DNA from: Synechococcus elongatus PCC 6301
Lineage (GTDB): Bacteria > Cyanobacteriota > Cyanobacteriia > Synechococcales > Synechococcaceae
Assembly (NCBI RefSeq): GCF_000010065.1
Contig: NC_006576.1
Coordinates: forward strand, 1,920,001 to 1,952,000
DNA length: 32,000 nucleotides
Direction: 5' to 3'
Part shown: one piece after another, positions 8,452 through 20,044 of the stretch
Layout of the letters: every line of letters starts with the position of its first letter
Numbering within the stretch: the stretch's first letter is position 1
The notes under the pieces: model-generated
What the model saw: only the letters and a program-made list of their open reading frames with translations
Told to the model about the DNA's origin: nothing
The model's database searches: none
Translations under genes and position numbers: made by a program

Positions 8452-10824
8452 ATGCCTGCTGCGATCGTCCATTCCGCTGATCCTTCATCCACATCAATTC
8501 TGGTGGAAGTGGAAGGGATGAAATGTGCAGGCTGTGTCGCAGCAGTGGAACGCCGCTTGCAACAGACCGCAGGTGTGGAAGCGGTCAGCGTCAATTTAAT
8601 TACGCGCCTTGCCAAAGTTGATTACGATGCGGCACTGATTGAGGACCCAACTGTCCTAACAACGGAAATCACCGGCTTGGGCTTTCGGGCGCAGTTGCGG
8701 CAGGACGACAATCCGCTGACGCTGCCGATCGCTGAGATCCCACCCCTGCAACAGCAGCGCTTACAACTGGCGATCGCGGCTTTTCTCCTGATTGTTTCCA
8801 GTTGGGGGCACCTGGGGCACTGGCTCGACCATCCCTTGCCGGGCACCGATCAGCTGTGGTTTCACGCGTTGCTGGCGATTTGGGCCTTGCTAGGGCCGGG
8901 ACGCAGCATTTTGCAAGCGGGCTGGCAGGGCTTGCGCTGTGGCGCACCGAATATGAATAGCTTGGTGCTGCTGGGCACCGGTAGTGCTTATCTGGCAAGT
9001 TTGGTGGCGTTGCTCTGGCCGCAGCTAGGCTGGGTCTGTTTTCTTGATGAGCCCGTGATGTTGCTGGGCTTCATTTTGCTGGGGCGAACCTTGGAGGAGC
9101 AGGCACGTTTCCGCAGTCAGGCTGCTTTGCAAAACCTTTTGGCTTTGCAACCAGAAACGACGCAGTTGCTGACAGCACCCAGCTCGATCGCTCCCCAAGA
9201 TCTCCTCGAAGCACCGGCTCAGATTTGGCCGGTCGCCCAATTGCGGGCGGGTGACTACGTCCAGGTGCTGCCCGGCGTTCGCATTCCGGTGGATGGTTGC
9301 ATCGTTGCAGGCCAGAGCACTTTGGATACAGCGATGCTGACGGGAGAACCACTACCGCAACCTTGTCAGGTGGGCGATCGCGTCTGCGCAGGGACGCTGA
9401 ACCTCAGCCACCGCTTGGTGATTCGGGCCGAACAAACTGGTAGTCAAACTCGACTGGCGGCAATCGTGCGGTGTGTGGCGGAGGCACAGCAACGGAAAGC
9501 CCCAGTCCAGCGGTTTGCGGATGCGATCGCGGGTCGCTTCGTCTACGGCGTTTGTGCGATCGCGGCGCTGACCTTTGGCTTTTGGGCAACGCTGGGCAGC
9601 CGCTGGTGGCCGCAGGTTCTGCAGCAGCCTTTACCGGGTCTGCTAATCCACGCGCCCCATCACGGCATGGAAATGGCGCACCCCCACAGTCATTCACCGC
9701 TGCTGCTGGCGCTGACCTTGGCGATTAGTGTGTTGGTCGTAGCTTGTCCTTGTGCCCTAGGTTTAGCCACGCCGACGGCCATCCTCGTCGCAACAGGACT
9801 TGCCGCTGAACAGGGCATCTTGGTGCGCGGTGGTGATGTGCTAGAACAGTTGGCGCGAATTAAGCACTTTGTCTTCGATAAAACTGGAACCCTGACCCAA
9901 GGTCAATTTGAGCTGATCGAGATTCAACCCCTAGCGGATGTGGATCCCGATCGCCTCCTGCAATGGGCCGCTGCCTTAGAAGCTGATAGTCGACATCCTC
10001 TGGCGACCGCCCTACAAACAGCAGCTCAGGCAGCGAATCTGGCACCGATCGCAGCCAGCGATCGCCAGCAAGTGCCGGGTTTGGGCGTCAGCGGGACTTG
10101 TGACGGGCGATCACTGCGTCTGGGCAATCCCACTTGGGTACAAGTCGCTACAGCCAAGTTACCGACTGGTTCTGCTGCTGCAACATCAATCTGGCTGGCT
10201 GATGATCAGCAACTCCTGGCCTGCTTCTGGCTGCAAGATCAACCGCGCCCCGAAGCGGCAGAAGTTGTCCAAGCCCTGCGATCGCGGGGGGCAACCGTGC
10301 AAATCCTTAGTGGCGATCGCCAAACAACAGCCGTGGCCCTCGCTCAGCAGCTTGGACTTGAATCGGAGACTGTAGTTGCAGAAGTGCTGCCCGAAGATAA
10401 AGCGGCGGCGATTGCTGCTCTCCAATCACAAGGCGATGCTGTGGCCATGATCGGTGATGGCATTAATGACGCACCCGCCCTTGCGACTGCCGCAGTCGGG
10501 ATCAGTCTGGCCGCCGGCAGCGACATTGCCCAAGACAGTGCGGGCTTACTGCTCAGCCGCGATCGCCTTGATAGCGTTCTGGTGGCTTGGAATTTGAGCC
10601 AAATGGGACTGCGGACGATTCGCCAAAACCTAACTTGGGCGCTGGGCTACAACGTGGTGATGTTGCCTTTGGCAGCGGGTGCCTTCTTGCCGGCCTACGG
10701 TCTAGCACTGACCCCCGCGATCGCCGGGGCTTGTATGGCTGTCAGTTCCCTCGCCGTTGTTAGTAATTCGCTATTGCTGCGCTACTGGTTCCGGCGATCG
10801 CTCAACCATTCAGTTTCTGTCTGA
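8452..10824 (+). CDS. ctaA: Copper-translocating P1B-type ATPase
   Basis: 790 aa. It has an N-terminal metal-binding GMKCAGC, the transmembrane CPC motif (VACPCALGLATP), the phosphorylation site FDKTGTLT and the hinge GDGINDAP. The symbol ctaA (versus pacS) is assigned from memory of S. elongatus and is tentative. Confidence 0.9.
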   Translation: MPAAIVHSADPSSTSILVEVEGMKCAGCVAAVERRLQQTAGVEAVSVNLITRLAKVDYDAALIEDPTVLTTEITGLGFRAQLRQDDNPLTLPIAEIPPLQQQRLQLAIAAFLLIVSSWGHLGHWLDHPLPGTDQLWFHALLAIWALLGPGRSILQAGWQGLRCGAPNMNSLVLLGTGSAYLASLVALLWPQLGWVCFLDEPVMLLGFILLGRTLEEQARFRSQAALQNLLALQPETTQLLTAPSSIAPQDLLEAPAQIWPVAQLRAGDYVQVLPGVRIPVDGCIVAGQSTLDTAMLTGEPLPQPCQVGDRVCAGTLNLSHRLVIRAEQTGSQTRLAAIVRCVAEAQQRKAPVQRFADAIAGRFVYGVCAIAALTFGFWATLGSRWWPQVLQQPLPGLLIHAPHHGMEMAHPHSHSPLLLALTLAISVLVVACPCALGLATPTAILVATGLAAEQGILVRGGDVLEQLARIKHFVFDKTGTLTQGQFELIEIQPLADVDPDRLLQWAAALEADSRHPLATALQTAAQAANLAPIAASDRQQVPGLGVSGTCDGRSLRLGNPTWVQVATAKLPTGSAAATSIWLADDQQLLACFWLQDQPRPEAAEVVQALRSRGATVQILSGDRQTTAVALAQQLGLESETVVAEVLPEDKAAAIAALQSQGDAVAMIGDGINDAPALATAAVGISLAAGSDIAQDSAGLLLSRDRLDSVLVAWNLSQMGLRTIRQNLTWALGYNVVMLPLAAGAFLPAYGLALTPAIAGACMAVSSLAVVSNSLLLRYWFRRSLNHSVSV

Positions 10825-10866
10825 ATCCTCCAGAACGTTTCCGGCCCTGACTTCCCCCTCACCAGA

Positions 10867-11031
10867 GGTCAACACCAGCTAGTTTTACCCGCTGCGATCG
10901 CTTCTCCACCGATGAGTCCTACCCGAAATCTTGTTGCGGGGGGCTGGGGGAGTCGAGTCCCCCAGTGCGTGGGTGTGGGGGTGCGCAATCACCCCCACGG
11001 ACAGAGGCTTTTGACCCCAAACCAATCCATA
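10867..11031 (+). repeat. Copy B of the diverged intergenic element; contains two strong hairpins
   Basis: It aligns with the reverse complement of 3721..3876. Hairpins are CTGGGGGA-GTCGAG-TCCCCCAG (10944..10965) and GTGGGGGTG-CGCAAT-CACCCCCAC (10975..10998). The ends GGTCAACA (10867..) and TTTTGACC (..11016) are inverted-repeat-like. Confidence 0.6.
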
Positions 11032-11105
11032 CCAAGCCGAATCTTCCCAACTGGCTTGCTGATTGCTAAATGACTGTTGTTCCAGACTGCGATCGCTCCA
11101 TAAGG

Positions 11106-11138
11106 AAAACCGCTAGCTCTCTGGGAACCAGCGGTTTT
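11106..11138. terminator. Bidirectional rho-independent terminator between convergent ctaA-side transcript and atpC
   Basis: The sequence is AAAACCGCT-(15 nt)-AGCGGTTTT: an 8-bp stem flanked by an A-run on one side and a T-run on the other. It lies about 80 nt downstream of the atpC stop. Confidence 0.6.
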
Positions 11139-11219
11139 AGACGCAGTAAGGAGGTATTGCTCGCCTAGCTTAGGAGCCCAGCGATCGCAGCCTCTGCAAA
11201 CTTAAGAAGGCATTCAGGA

Positions 11220-11633
11220 TCAAACGCTGACTAGACCACCCGCAGCCTGCAAGCGTGCCCGTGCCCGACGGTAGGCTTGCGTTGCTTGGAACTTGCCTTG
11301 GCGATCGTCTTCTTTGACGCCTTTCAAGCGTTCATCAGCCTGACTAAAGGCGGCACGGGCTTCTTCGAGGTCGATCTTGTCGCCCCGTTCAGCAGCGTTG
11401 ACCAACACCGTAACTTCGTTGTTTTCAACTTCAGCGAAGCCGCCTAAAACAGCGATCGCCAGCCACTCTTTGTCAGCTCGCACCCGCAACACACCGGTGT
11501 CCAAGGCAGAGAGCAAAGGGGCGTGACCCGGCAAGATACCGAGTTGACCGGTGGTGCTAGGCAGAATGACTTCTTGGGCAGGCGCGTCCCAAACCGTTCG
11601 GTCGGGAGCAATGACGCGGACAGTCAGGCTCAT
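11220..11633 (-). CDS. atpC: F1 ATP synthase epsilon subunit
   Basis: 137 aa. [41 protein letters not shown] is the canonical epsilon N-terminus. It lies immediately downstream of atpD. Confidence 0.95.
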   Translation of the reverse strand: MSLTVRVIAPDRTVWDAPAQEVILPSTTGQLGILPGHAPLLSALDTGVLRVRADKEWLAIAVLGGFAEVENNEVTVLVNAAERGDKIDLEEARAAFSQADERLKGVKEDDRQGKFQATQAYRRARARLQAAGGLVSV

Positions 11634-11703
11634 GGTCGCGGAGATTTAGGGACAAAAACAGGAGGCGGGGCTGCGATCGCAACCCCACCAAAGTCAGCCA
11701 AAC

Positions 11704-13233
<1,530 letters not shown>

Positions 13234-13286
13234 TCACCGAAGGCTGCACCTTCCCGCAGCAAGATTCCCATTCCTGCGATCGCCGA

Positions 13287-13302
13287 GTTCGGGAACCCGT
13301 AC
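13287..13302 (+). promoter_or_regulatory. K-box-like element upstream of groESL
   Basis: GTTCGG-GAAC-CCGTAC fits the cyanobacterial groE K-box consensus GTTCGG-NNAN-CCNNAC. The consensus is quoted from memory. The site is about 40 nt upstream of CIRCE. Confidence 0.4.
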
Positions 13303-13339
13303 TGAGGTCGCGTTGCCCTCCGAGAAGGCGGCCCGTACA

Positions 13340-13366
13340 TTAGCACTCAGGTACTGGGAGTGCTAA
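13340..13366 (+). promoter_or_regulatory. CIRCE operator (HrcA binding site) of groESL
   Basis: Perfect TTAGCACTC-N9-GAGTGCTAA inverted repeat, 55 nt upstream of the groES ATG. Confidence 0.92.
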
Positions 13367-13420
13367 TCCATGCGGATCATCCCGGTTGCCCTCTCCCCGT
13401 GACGACGTTTACTCAAAACT

Positions 13421-13732
13421 ATGGCAGCTGTATCTCTGAGTGTTTCGACCGTGACGCCCCTGGGCGATCGCGTTTTTGTGAAAGTCGCTGAAGCCGAAGA
13501 AAAAACTGCTGGCGGCATCATCCTGCCCGATAACGCTAAAGAGAAGCCCCAAGTCGGCGAAATCGTGGCAGTTGGCCCTGGCAAACGCAACGACGACGGC
13601 AGCCGCCAAGCGCCTGAAGTCAAAATCGGCGACAAAGTTCTCTACTCCAAGTACGCCGGTACTGACATCAAACTCGGCAACGACGACTACGTGTTGCTGT
13701 CCGAGAAAGACATCTTGGCCGTTGTTGCCTAG
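13421..13732 (+). CDS. groES: Co-chaperonin GroES
   Basis: 103 aa. It carries LGDRVFVKV...[11 protein letters not shown] and the mobile loop, and lies upstream of groEL. Confidence 0.97.
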   Translation: MAAVSLSVSTVTPLGDRVFVKVAEAEEKTAGGIILPDNAKEKPQVGEIVAVGPGKRNDDGSRQAPEVKIGDKVLYSKYAGTDIKLGNDDYVLLSEKDILAVVA

Positions 13733-13770
13733 GCTTTCTTCCTTTCACTGCCCTTCAGGACATTCCTTAA

Positions 13771-15414
<1,644 letters not shown>

Positions 15415-15463
15415 GTTCCCCAGTTTTAAGACGGGCGGAGGTTTTCCTCCGCTCGCGATCGCT

Positions 15464-15491
15464 CCTCAGAGTTCGCTCTGGGGAGTTTTTT
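15464..15491 (+). terminator. Rho-independent terminator of groESL
   Basis: CCTCAGAG-TTCG-CTCTGGGG is followed by AGTTTTTTG. It is preceded by a second hairpin GCGGAGG-TTTT-CCTCCGC (15435..15452). Confidence 0.7.
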
Positions 15492-15497
15492 GTGGTT

Positions 15498-16571
15498 TTA
15501 CAGAAGCGATCGCAGCAGATTGGCAACCTGTTCAGCGCTGTCAGCGACGTGGAGTTTGCCTGCGGCAGCCGCCATCTTCGGCAAGGGATTGGCGATCGCA
15601 GCGCCCAGTCGCGCCCGTAACAAATCCAAGATCTGCTGCTGAAGCTGCTCTACCGTCAGTTCTGATTGCGGGGCTAGGATCGCGGCCCCAGCCTTGGCAA
15701 AAATGCGGGCGTTAAAGGTCTGGTGATCTTCTGCGGCAAAGGGATAGGGAATCAGCAAGCTAGGCAATCCGGCCGCTGCCAATTCCGCCAAACTGCCAGC
15801 ACCGGCGCGACTGATCGAAAAGTCGGCTCGATTCAAAAGCGGCGCAACGTTGTCGACAAACGACAGCTCGATGTACTGCGGATGTTGGAGCTGGCCGCGA
15901 TCGGGATCTTGCTGGCCGGTCAGATGCACGATCCACAGGCCTGCTGCCAACCAAGCAGGAGCAGCAGCTCGCACTAACCGATTGATGGCGACTGCGCCTT
16001 GGCTGCCACCCATCACTAGCAAGACTGGCACATTCTCAGGAATTGGCAGACCATGCTGGCTGGGCTGATAAAACTGCGATCGCAACGGGGTGCCGACTAC
16101 TTGCAGCGGCCGACCCGGTAGATACTCGCCAGCCTCGGCAAAGCCAAGGGCAACACGTCGACAAAACCGGCTAAGTAAGCGTGTTGTTTTGCCCGGCAGT
16201 GCGTTTGATTCATGCAGAACGACGGGAATTCCCAGACTCCAAGCGGCCGCGATCGCAGGACCCGCAATATAGCCGCCCGTCGTGAAGACTGCTTCGATTT
16301 GCTGTCGCTTCAACAGGCGTCGCACCTTAAAAATTGCGCCAATCAAGCGCAGCGCTGTCAACGGTCGCAGAAGCCAAGATCCCTGAAAGCCGCCGACGCG
16401 GATTGTATGGAGTGGATAGCGATCGCCCACCAATTGCGTCTCGAGGCGATCGGGCACGCCCAGCCAATCGATCTTCGCTTCAGGCAGTGCTTCAGCAACC
16501 GCTAGAGCCGGAAAGACATGGCCACCGGTGCCGCTAGCAGCAAAGAGGAGGCGCGGTTGAGCAACAGACAC
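15498..16571 (-). CDS. murG: UDP-GlcNAc:lipid I N-acetylglucosaminyltransferase MurG
   Basis: The motif is LLFAASGTGGHVFPALAVAEAL. The ORF is open to 16916, but homology-like sequence begins at VSVAQPRLLF. GTG codons at 16571 (chosen, giving 357 aa) or 16589 are the plausible starts. Confidence 0.85.
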   Translation of the reverse strand: MSVAQPRLLFAASGTGGHVFPALAVAEALPEAKIDWLGVPDRLETQLVGDRYPLHTIRVGGFQGSWLLRPLTALRLIGAIFKVRRLLKRQQIEAVFTTGGYIAGPAIAAAWSLGIPVVLHESNALPGKTTRLLSRFCRRVALGFAEAGEYLPGRPLQVVGTPLRSQFYQPSQHGLPIPENVPVLLVMGGSQGAVAINRLVRAAAPAWLAAGLWIVHLTGQQDPDRGQLQHPQYIELSFVDNVAPLLNRADFSISRAGAGSLAELAAAGLPSLLIPYPFAAEDHQTFNARIFAKAGAAILAPQSELTVEQLQQQILDLLRARLGAAIANPLPKMAAAAGKLHVADSAEQVANLLRSLL

Positions 16572-16613
16572 ACGGGGACCTGACGACACAGAATCAGCGA
16601 CTAGAATACCGTC

Positions 16614-17426
16614 ATGCCTACTGCCCTTCTTATGACTGGGGTTTCCATGCTGCGCTCCTTTCGTCCGTTTTCCTTGGCGCTCTTCGCAACCCTTCTGATT
16701 GGGGCAACTCCGACGCTGGGGCGGGCTCAAACTCCAGCCGCTGCAACAGCAGTTTTCCAAAGCTTGGCGGATGCGGCGACTCGTCAAGATCCCAAAGCGA
16801 TCGCCAATCTCTACTCTCCCAGCTTCCAGCCACCGGATGGTCTCGATCGCATGGGTTATGACTCTGCGATGCAGCGCTTTTGGAAGCAGTTTCCGGGGGC
16901 TCGCTACACGGTTCAAGTCCTGAATAGTCAGCCCAGCAGCAACGGTCTCCAGGTGGAAACCCTGACCAAGATTGAAGGCCAGCGGAAACAGGGCGATCGC
17001 ACCTTCAAGTTAGCCTCAGAAATTAAGAGTCGCTGGCTGCTGCAAAATGGACGCCTCCAGCGCGAAGAAATTTTGAGTGAACGCAGCCGTCTGACCAGTG
17101 GCAGTAAACCACCGGAACTGACGGTCAATGCTCCAGCCACCGTGCTGACGGGCGAAAACTTCTCGTTTGATGCCTACGTTGATGGGGCGCTCAACGATGA
17201 TCTGTTGGTCGGCGGTGTGACCGATGACCCAGTGGATCTGCAGCGCTTACTCAAACCCACAGCTTTCCGGCTGCAAGCGTTGACGGCTGGCGGCGTCTAC
17301 AAACAAGCACGGGCTCCGCAGCGTCCTGGCAACTTTTGGATTTCAGCTTTGGTCGTCCGTCGGGATGGCCTGACGGTTGTCAGTGAGCGCCTGCGCGTCG
17401 TCGATCGTACCCGCCCTAACCGCTAG
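16614..17426 (+). CDS. Secreted hypothetical protein with NTF2/SnoaL-like N-terminal domain
   Basis: The 270-aa ORF has a signal peptide (LALFATLLIGATPTLGRAQ). Host-like codon usage and HIP1 sites are present. The function is not recognised. ATGs at 16632 or 16647 are alternative starts. Confidence 0.65.
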   Translation: MPTALLMTGVSMLRSFRPFSLALFATLLIGATPTLGRAQTPAAATAVFQSLADAATRQDPKAIANLYSPSFQPPDGLDRMGYDSAMQRFWKQFPGARYTVQVLNSQPSSNGLQVETLTKIEGQRKQGDRTFKLASEIKSRWLLQNGRLQREEILSERSRLTSGSKPPELTVNAPATVLTGENFSFDAYVDGALNDDLLVGGVTDDPVDLQRLLKPTAFRLQALTAGGVYKQARAPQRPGNFWISALVVRRDGLTVVSERLRVVDRTRPNR

Positions 17427-17494
17427 CGATCGCAGCAAATTTGTCGAGGCATTTGACAAAAGCCGTAACTCCTACTAGATTAGTAAATCGACGC

Positions 17495-17568
17495 GGGTTT
17501 GTAGCTCAGTGGATTAGAGCATTTGACTACGGATCAAAGGGTCGGGGGTTCGAATCCCTCCAAACCCG
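17495..17568 (+). tRNA. tRNA-Arg (anticodon ACG)
   Basis: A manual cloverleaf gives acceptor GGGTTTG/CAAACCC, D arm GCTC-AGTGGATTA-GAGC, anticodon arm TTTGA-CTACGGA-TCAAA, 5-nt variable loop and T arm GGGGG-TTCGAAT-CCCTC, with discriminator G. CCA is not encoded. Confidence 0.9.
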
Positions 17569-17577
17569 TCGCACAAA

Positions 17578-17611
17578 AGCCTGTCTAAGCATTGTCTTGG
17601 ACAGGCTTTTT
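17578..17611 (+). terminator. Rho-independent terminator after tRNA-Arg
   Basis: AGCCTGTC-(14 nt)-GACAGGCT followed by TTTTTG. Confidence 0.75.
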
Positions 17612-17780
17612 GCTTGAGCAGACTGACTGATTGCTGGCTGTCACTCCCACTCGGGCTAGGCCGAATGTGAGATCATGAAGCTGTCTTTGCAGCGGTGGCC
17701 GATCTGATTCTCTGCCGACGCTTCTTTTTTGGCAGCTTGCCCAACGCCTGCGAAGTTTTCCGCGACTTGAGAGCCGACGC

Positions 17781-19250
17781 TTGAATTCTTCTGCGCCTTT
17801 GCCGGAAACGGCTTTTTTGCGCCCGGATGGGAGTAACCGCGAGGCGATCGCGGCTGTAGCTCAGTTGGCGCTTGAGCAGTTACTCAATCTCGGTAGCCAG
17901 GCGGATCAGCGATCGCCCGTCCCCACTTGGCAAGGAAGCGAGCGACACGTCGGAATTCCGGCGCAGTCTGTGCCCTTGCCGGACCTACTGCAGCAACTGG
18001 AGCCGCTGCTGGCGCAAGCGATGAATCCAGCCAATCCGGGCTATCTCGGCCACATGGATCCGGTGGCGAGCACTGCGTCAGTCATTGGTGATGCGATCGC
18101 AGCACTTCTCAACAACAATTTGCTCAGCGTCGAGATGTCGCCCAGCTTCTCGCGCTTGGAAACGGCTGTCCTGCGAGAGTTAGCGCAACGGTTTGGGCTG
18201 GGGGACGAGGCTGGAGGATTGCTGCTGAGCGGCGGCAGTCTCGCCAATCTTCAAGCGATCGCCCTGGCACGCAATTGGGCCTTGCAGGTACAGGAAACTG
18301 GCCTGGCCGGACTAACTCAGAGACCAATTCTGTTTGCCTCTGAAGCTGCCCATACTTCGATTCAGAAAGCGGCGATGCTGCTGGGGCTAGGGAGCCAAGC
18401 CGTGATTCCAATCGCAACCGATCGCCGAGGTCGGATGCAAGTTGCCGCCCTCACAGAAGCGATCGCCTCGGCCCGCCGCCAAGGTCAGCGTCCATTTTGT
18501 TTGGTCGCAACTGCAGGCACCACCGTCACTGGCAGCATTGATCCACTCCCAGAACTGAGCGCGATCGCCCGTACTGAAGGGCTGTGGTTCCACGTTGATG
18601 CCTCCTATGGCGGAGCTGTGATCTTTTCGCCGCGCTATGCCCATAAGCTCCAGGGCATTGAGCAGGCTAATTCCGTTACCTTCAATCCGCAGAAGTGGCT
18701 CTGTGTTGCTAAAACGAGCGCTTCGTTACTGCTGCGCGACTGGTCGTTACTGACCGAGCACTTCCGCATTGCTGCGCCCTATATGGGTGAAGCTGACGAC
18801 CTGATCAACCTTGGTGAAGTCTCTGTCCAAGGCACTCGACCGGCAGACATTCTCAAGCTCTGGTTGACGCTCCAACACTTCGGCGATCGCGGTTGTGCTG
18901 CGCTGGTGGAACATGGCCTACGACTGTGCCGCTGCTTTGTTGCAGAATTGCGCCAACGCCCCCAGATTCAAGTGGCGACCCCGCCCGATTTGAATATCCT
19001 CTGTTTCCGTTTGGCGAGCGATCGCCTGACTGCGGAGCTGCAGCAATTTCTCCTCGATCGGTACTTCTTCTTGTCACTGCCAAGATTCCGCGATCGCCTC
19101 TGGCTGAAGGCGGTGCTGGTCAACCCGTTTACGACGCCCGAACACATCCGCCAACTCTTTGGAGCGATCGATGCTTTTTGTCGCGATCGCCAGATCCAGC
19201 CGGATCCCCAAAGTCAAGACAACGAGATCACTTACTCACAGTCGTTATGA
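17781..19250 (+). CDS. PLP-dependent group II decarboxylase (aromatic-amino-acid / diaminobutyrate decarboxylase-like)
   Basis: 489 aa with a fold-type I pattern: SGGSLANLQA, HVDASYGGA, and the Lys-containing motif SVTFNPQKW. The track start is a TTG, so the true start is uncertain. Confidence 0.85.
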   Translation: MNSSAPLPETAFLRPDGSNREAIAAVAQLALEQLLNLGSQADQRSPVPTWQGSERHVGIPAQSVPLPDLLQQLEPLLAQAMNPANPGYLGHMDPVASTASVIGDAIAALLNNNLLSVEMSPSFSRLETAVLRELAQRFGLGDEAGGLLLSGGSLANLQAIALARNWALQVQETGLAGLTQRPILFASEAAHTSIQKAAMLLGLGSQAVIPIATDRRGRMQVAALTEAIASARRQGQRPFCLVATAGTTVTGSIDPLPELSAIARTEGLWFHVDASYGGAVIFSPRYAHKLQGIEQANSVTFNPQKWLCVAKTSASLLLRDWSLLTEHFRIAAPYMGEADDLINLGEVSVQGTRPADILKLWLTLQHFGDRGCAALVEHGLRLCRCFVAELRQRPQIQVATPPDLNILCFRLASDRLTAELQQFLLDRYFFLSLPRFRDRLWLKAVLVNPFTTPEHIRQLFGAIDAFCRDRQIQPDPQSQDNEITYSQSL

Positions 19251-19324
19251 GTATGATATAAATGTTTACAGAGGTACTCAGCGATGCGAGTGCCCGTTGA
19301 TATTTACCCGGAGCCGTGAGACTC

Positions 19325-19921
19325 ATGACCGAAGGAGCCCTGCGCGTCGGCCAATTGGCCCCCGATTTTGAAGCGACTGCAGTCGTTGATCAGGAATTCC
19401 AGACGATCAAGCTATCCAATTACCGGGGCAAATACGTCGTTCTGTTCTTCTATCCCCTCGACTTCACCTTTGTTTGCCCGACCGAAATTACTGCTTTTAG
19501 CGATCGCTATGCAGACTTTTCAGCCCTGAACACCGAAATCTTGGGTGTCTCGGTCGATAGCCAATTCAGCCACTTGGCTTGGATTCAAACCAGCCGTAAA
19601 GAAGGTGGTTTGGGTGACTTGGCTTACCCGCTGGTTGCTGACCTCAAGAAAGAAATCAGCACTGCCTACAACGTGCTTGATCCGGCTGAAGGCATTGCCC
19701 TGCGCGGTCTGTTCATCATCGACAAAGAAGGTGTGATCCAGCACGCCACCATCAACAACCTGGCGTTTGGCCGCAGCGTTGATGAAACCCTGCGGGTGCT
19801 GCAAGCCATTCAGTACGTCCAAAGTCACCCCGATGAAGTTTGCCCCGCCAATTGGCAACCGGGTGCAGCGACGATGAACCCCGACCCTGTTAAGTCGAAA
19901 GAGTTCTTCGCTGCAGTCTAG
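19325..19921 (+). CDS. Typical 2-Cys peroxiredoxin
   Basis: It has the peroxidatic [13 protein letters not shown] and the resolving EVCPANW motifs. The ATG at 19325 ([10 protein letters not shown]) is preferred over the GTG at 19316. Confidence 0.93.
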   Translation: MTEGALRVGQLAPDFEATAVVDQEFQTIKLSNYRGKYVVLFFYPLDFTFVCPTEITAFSDRYADFSALNTEILGVSVDSQFSHLAWIQTSRKEGGLGDLAYPLVADLKKEISTAYNVLDPAEGIALRGLFIIDKEGVIQHATINNLAFGRSVDETLRVLQAIQYVQSHPDEVCPANWQPGAATMNPDPVKSKEFFAAV

Positions 19922-19972
19922 GCGCTGTAATCGACGTTCTTTACTTCAATCTCTGAACTAAGGCAAGTGTAT

Positions 19973-19999
19973 GGAGCTCAAGTGACTTGGGCTCCTTTT
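19973..19999 (+). terminator. Rho-independent terminator after peroxiredoxin gene
   Basis: GGAGCTCAAG-TGA-CTTGGGCTCC (one G-U pair) followed by TTTTCTG. Confidence 0.6.
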
Positions 20000-20044
20000 C
20001 TGTTAGATGGAAAGACCGATACTGGCTGTGATCGCGGGCTGAGA

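Noticed and set aside
10944-10965. tRNA-like T-arm (CTGGGGGA-GTCGAG-TCCCCCAG) suggesting a tRNA or tmRNA fragment
   Set aside because: The loop is 6 nt and lacks the TTCGAAT/TTCRANY pattern. No acceptor, D or anticodon arms can be drawn around it.
15415-15497. The groESL terminator hairpins acting as a bidirectional terminator for the convergent murG
   Set aside because: On the minus strand neither hairpin is followed by a U-run, so only the plus-strand call is supported.
17495-17780. tRNA-Arg as an integration hotspot for a genomic island
   Set aside because: Flanking DNA on both sides has host-like G+C and HIP1 sites. No integrase, no direct repeat of the tRNA 3' end and no compositional shift was seen.
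19273-19286. NtcA-like site GT-N10-AC (GTTTACAGAGGTAC) upstream of the peroxiredoxin gene
   Set aside because: It matches only the minimal degenerate consensus, not GTA-N8-TAC. No convincing -10 box lies at the right spacing, so a chance occurrence is likely.
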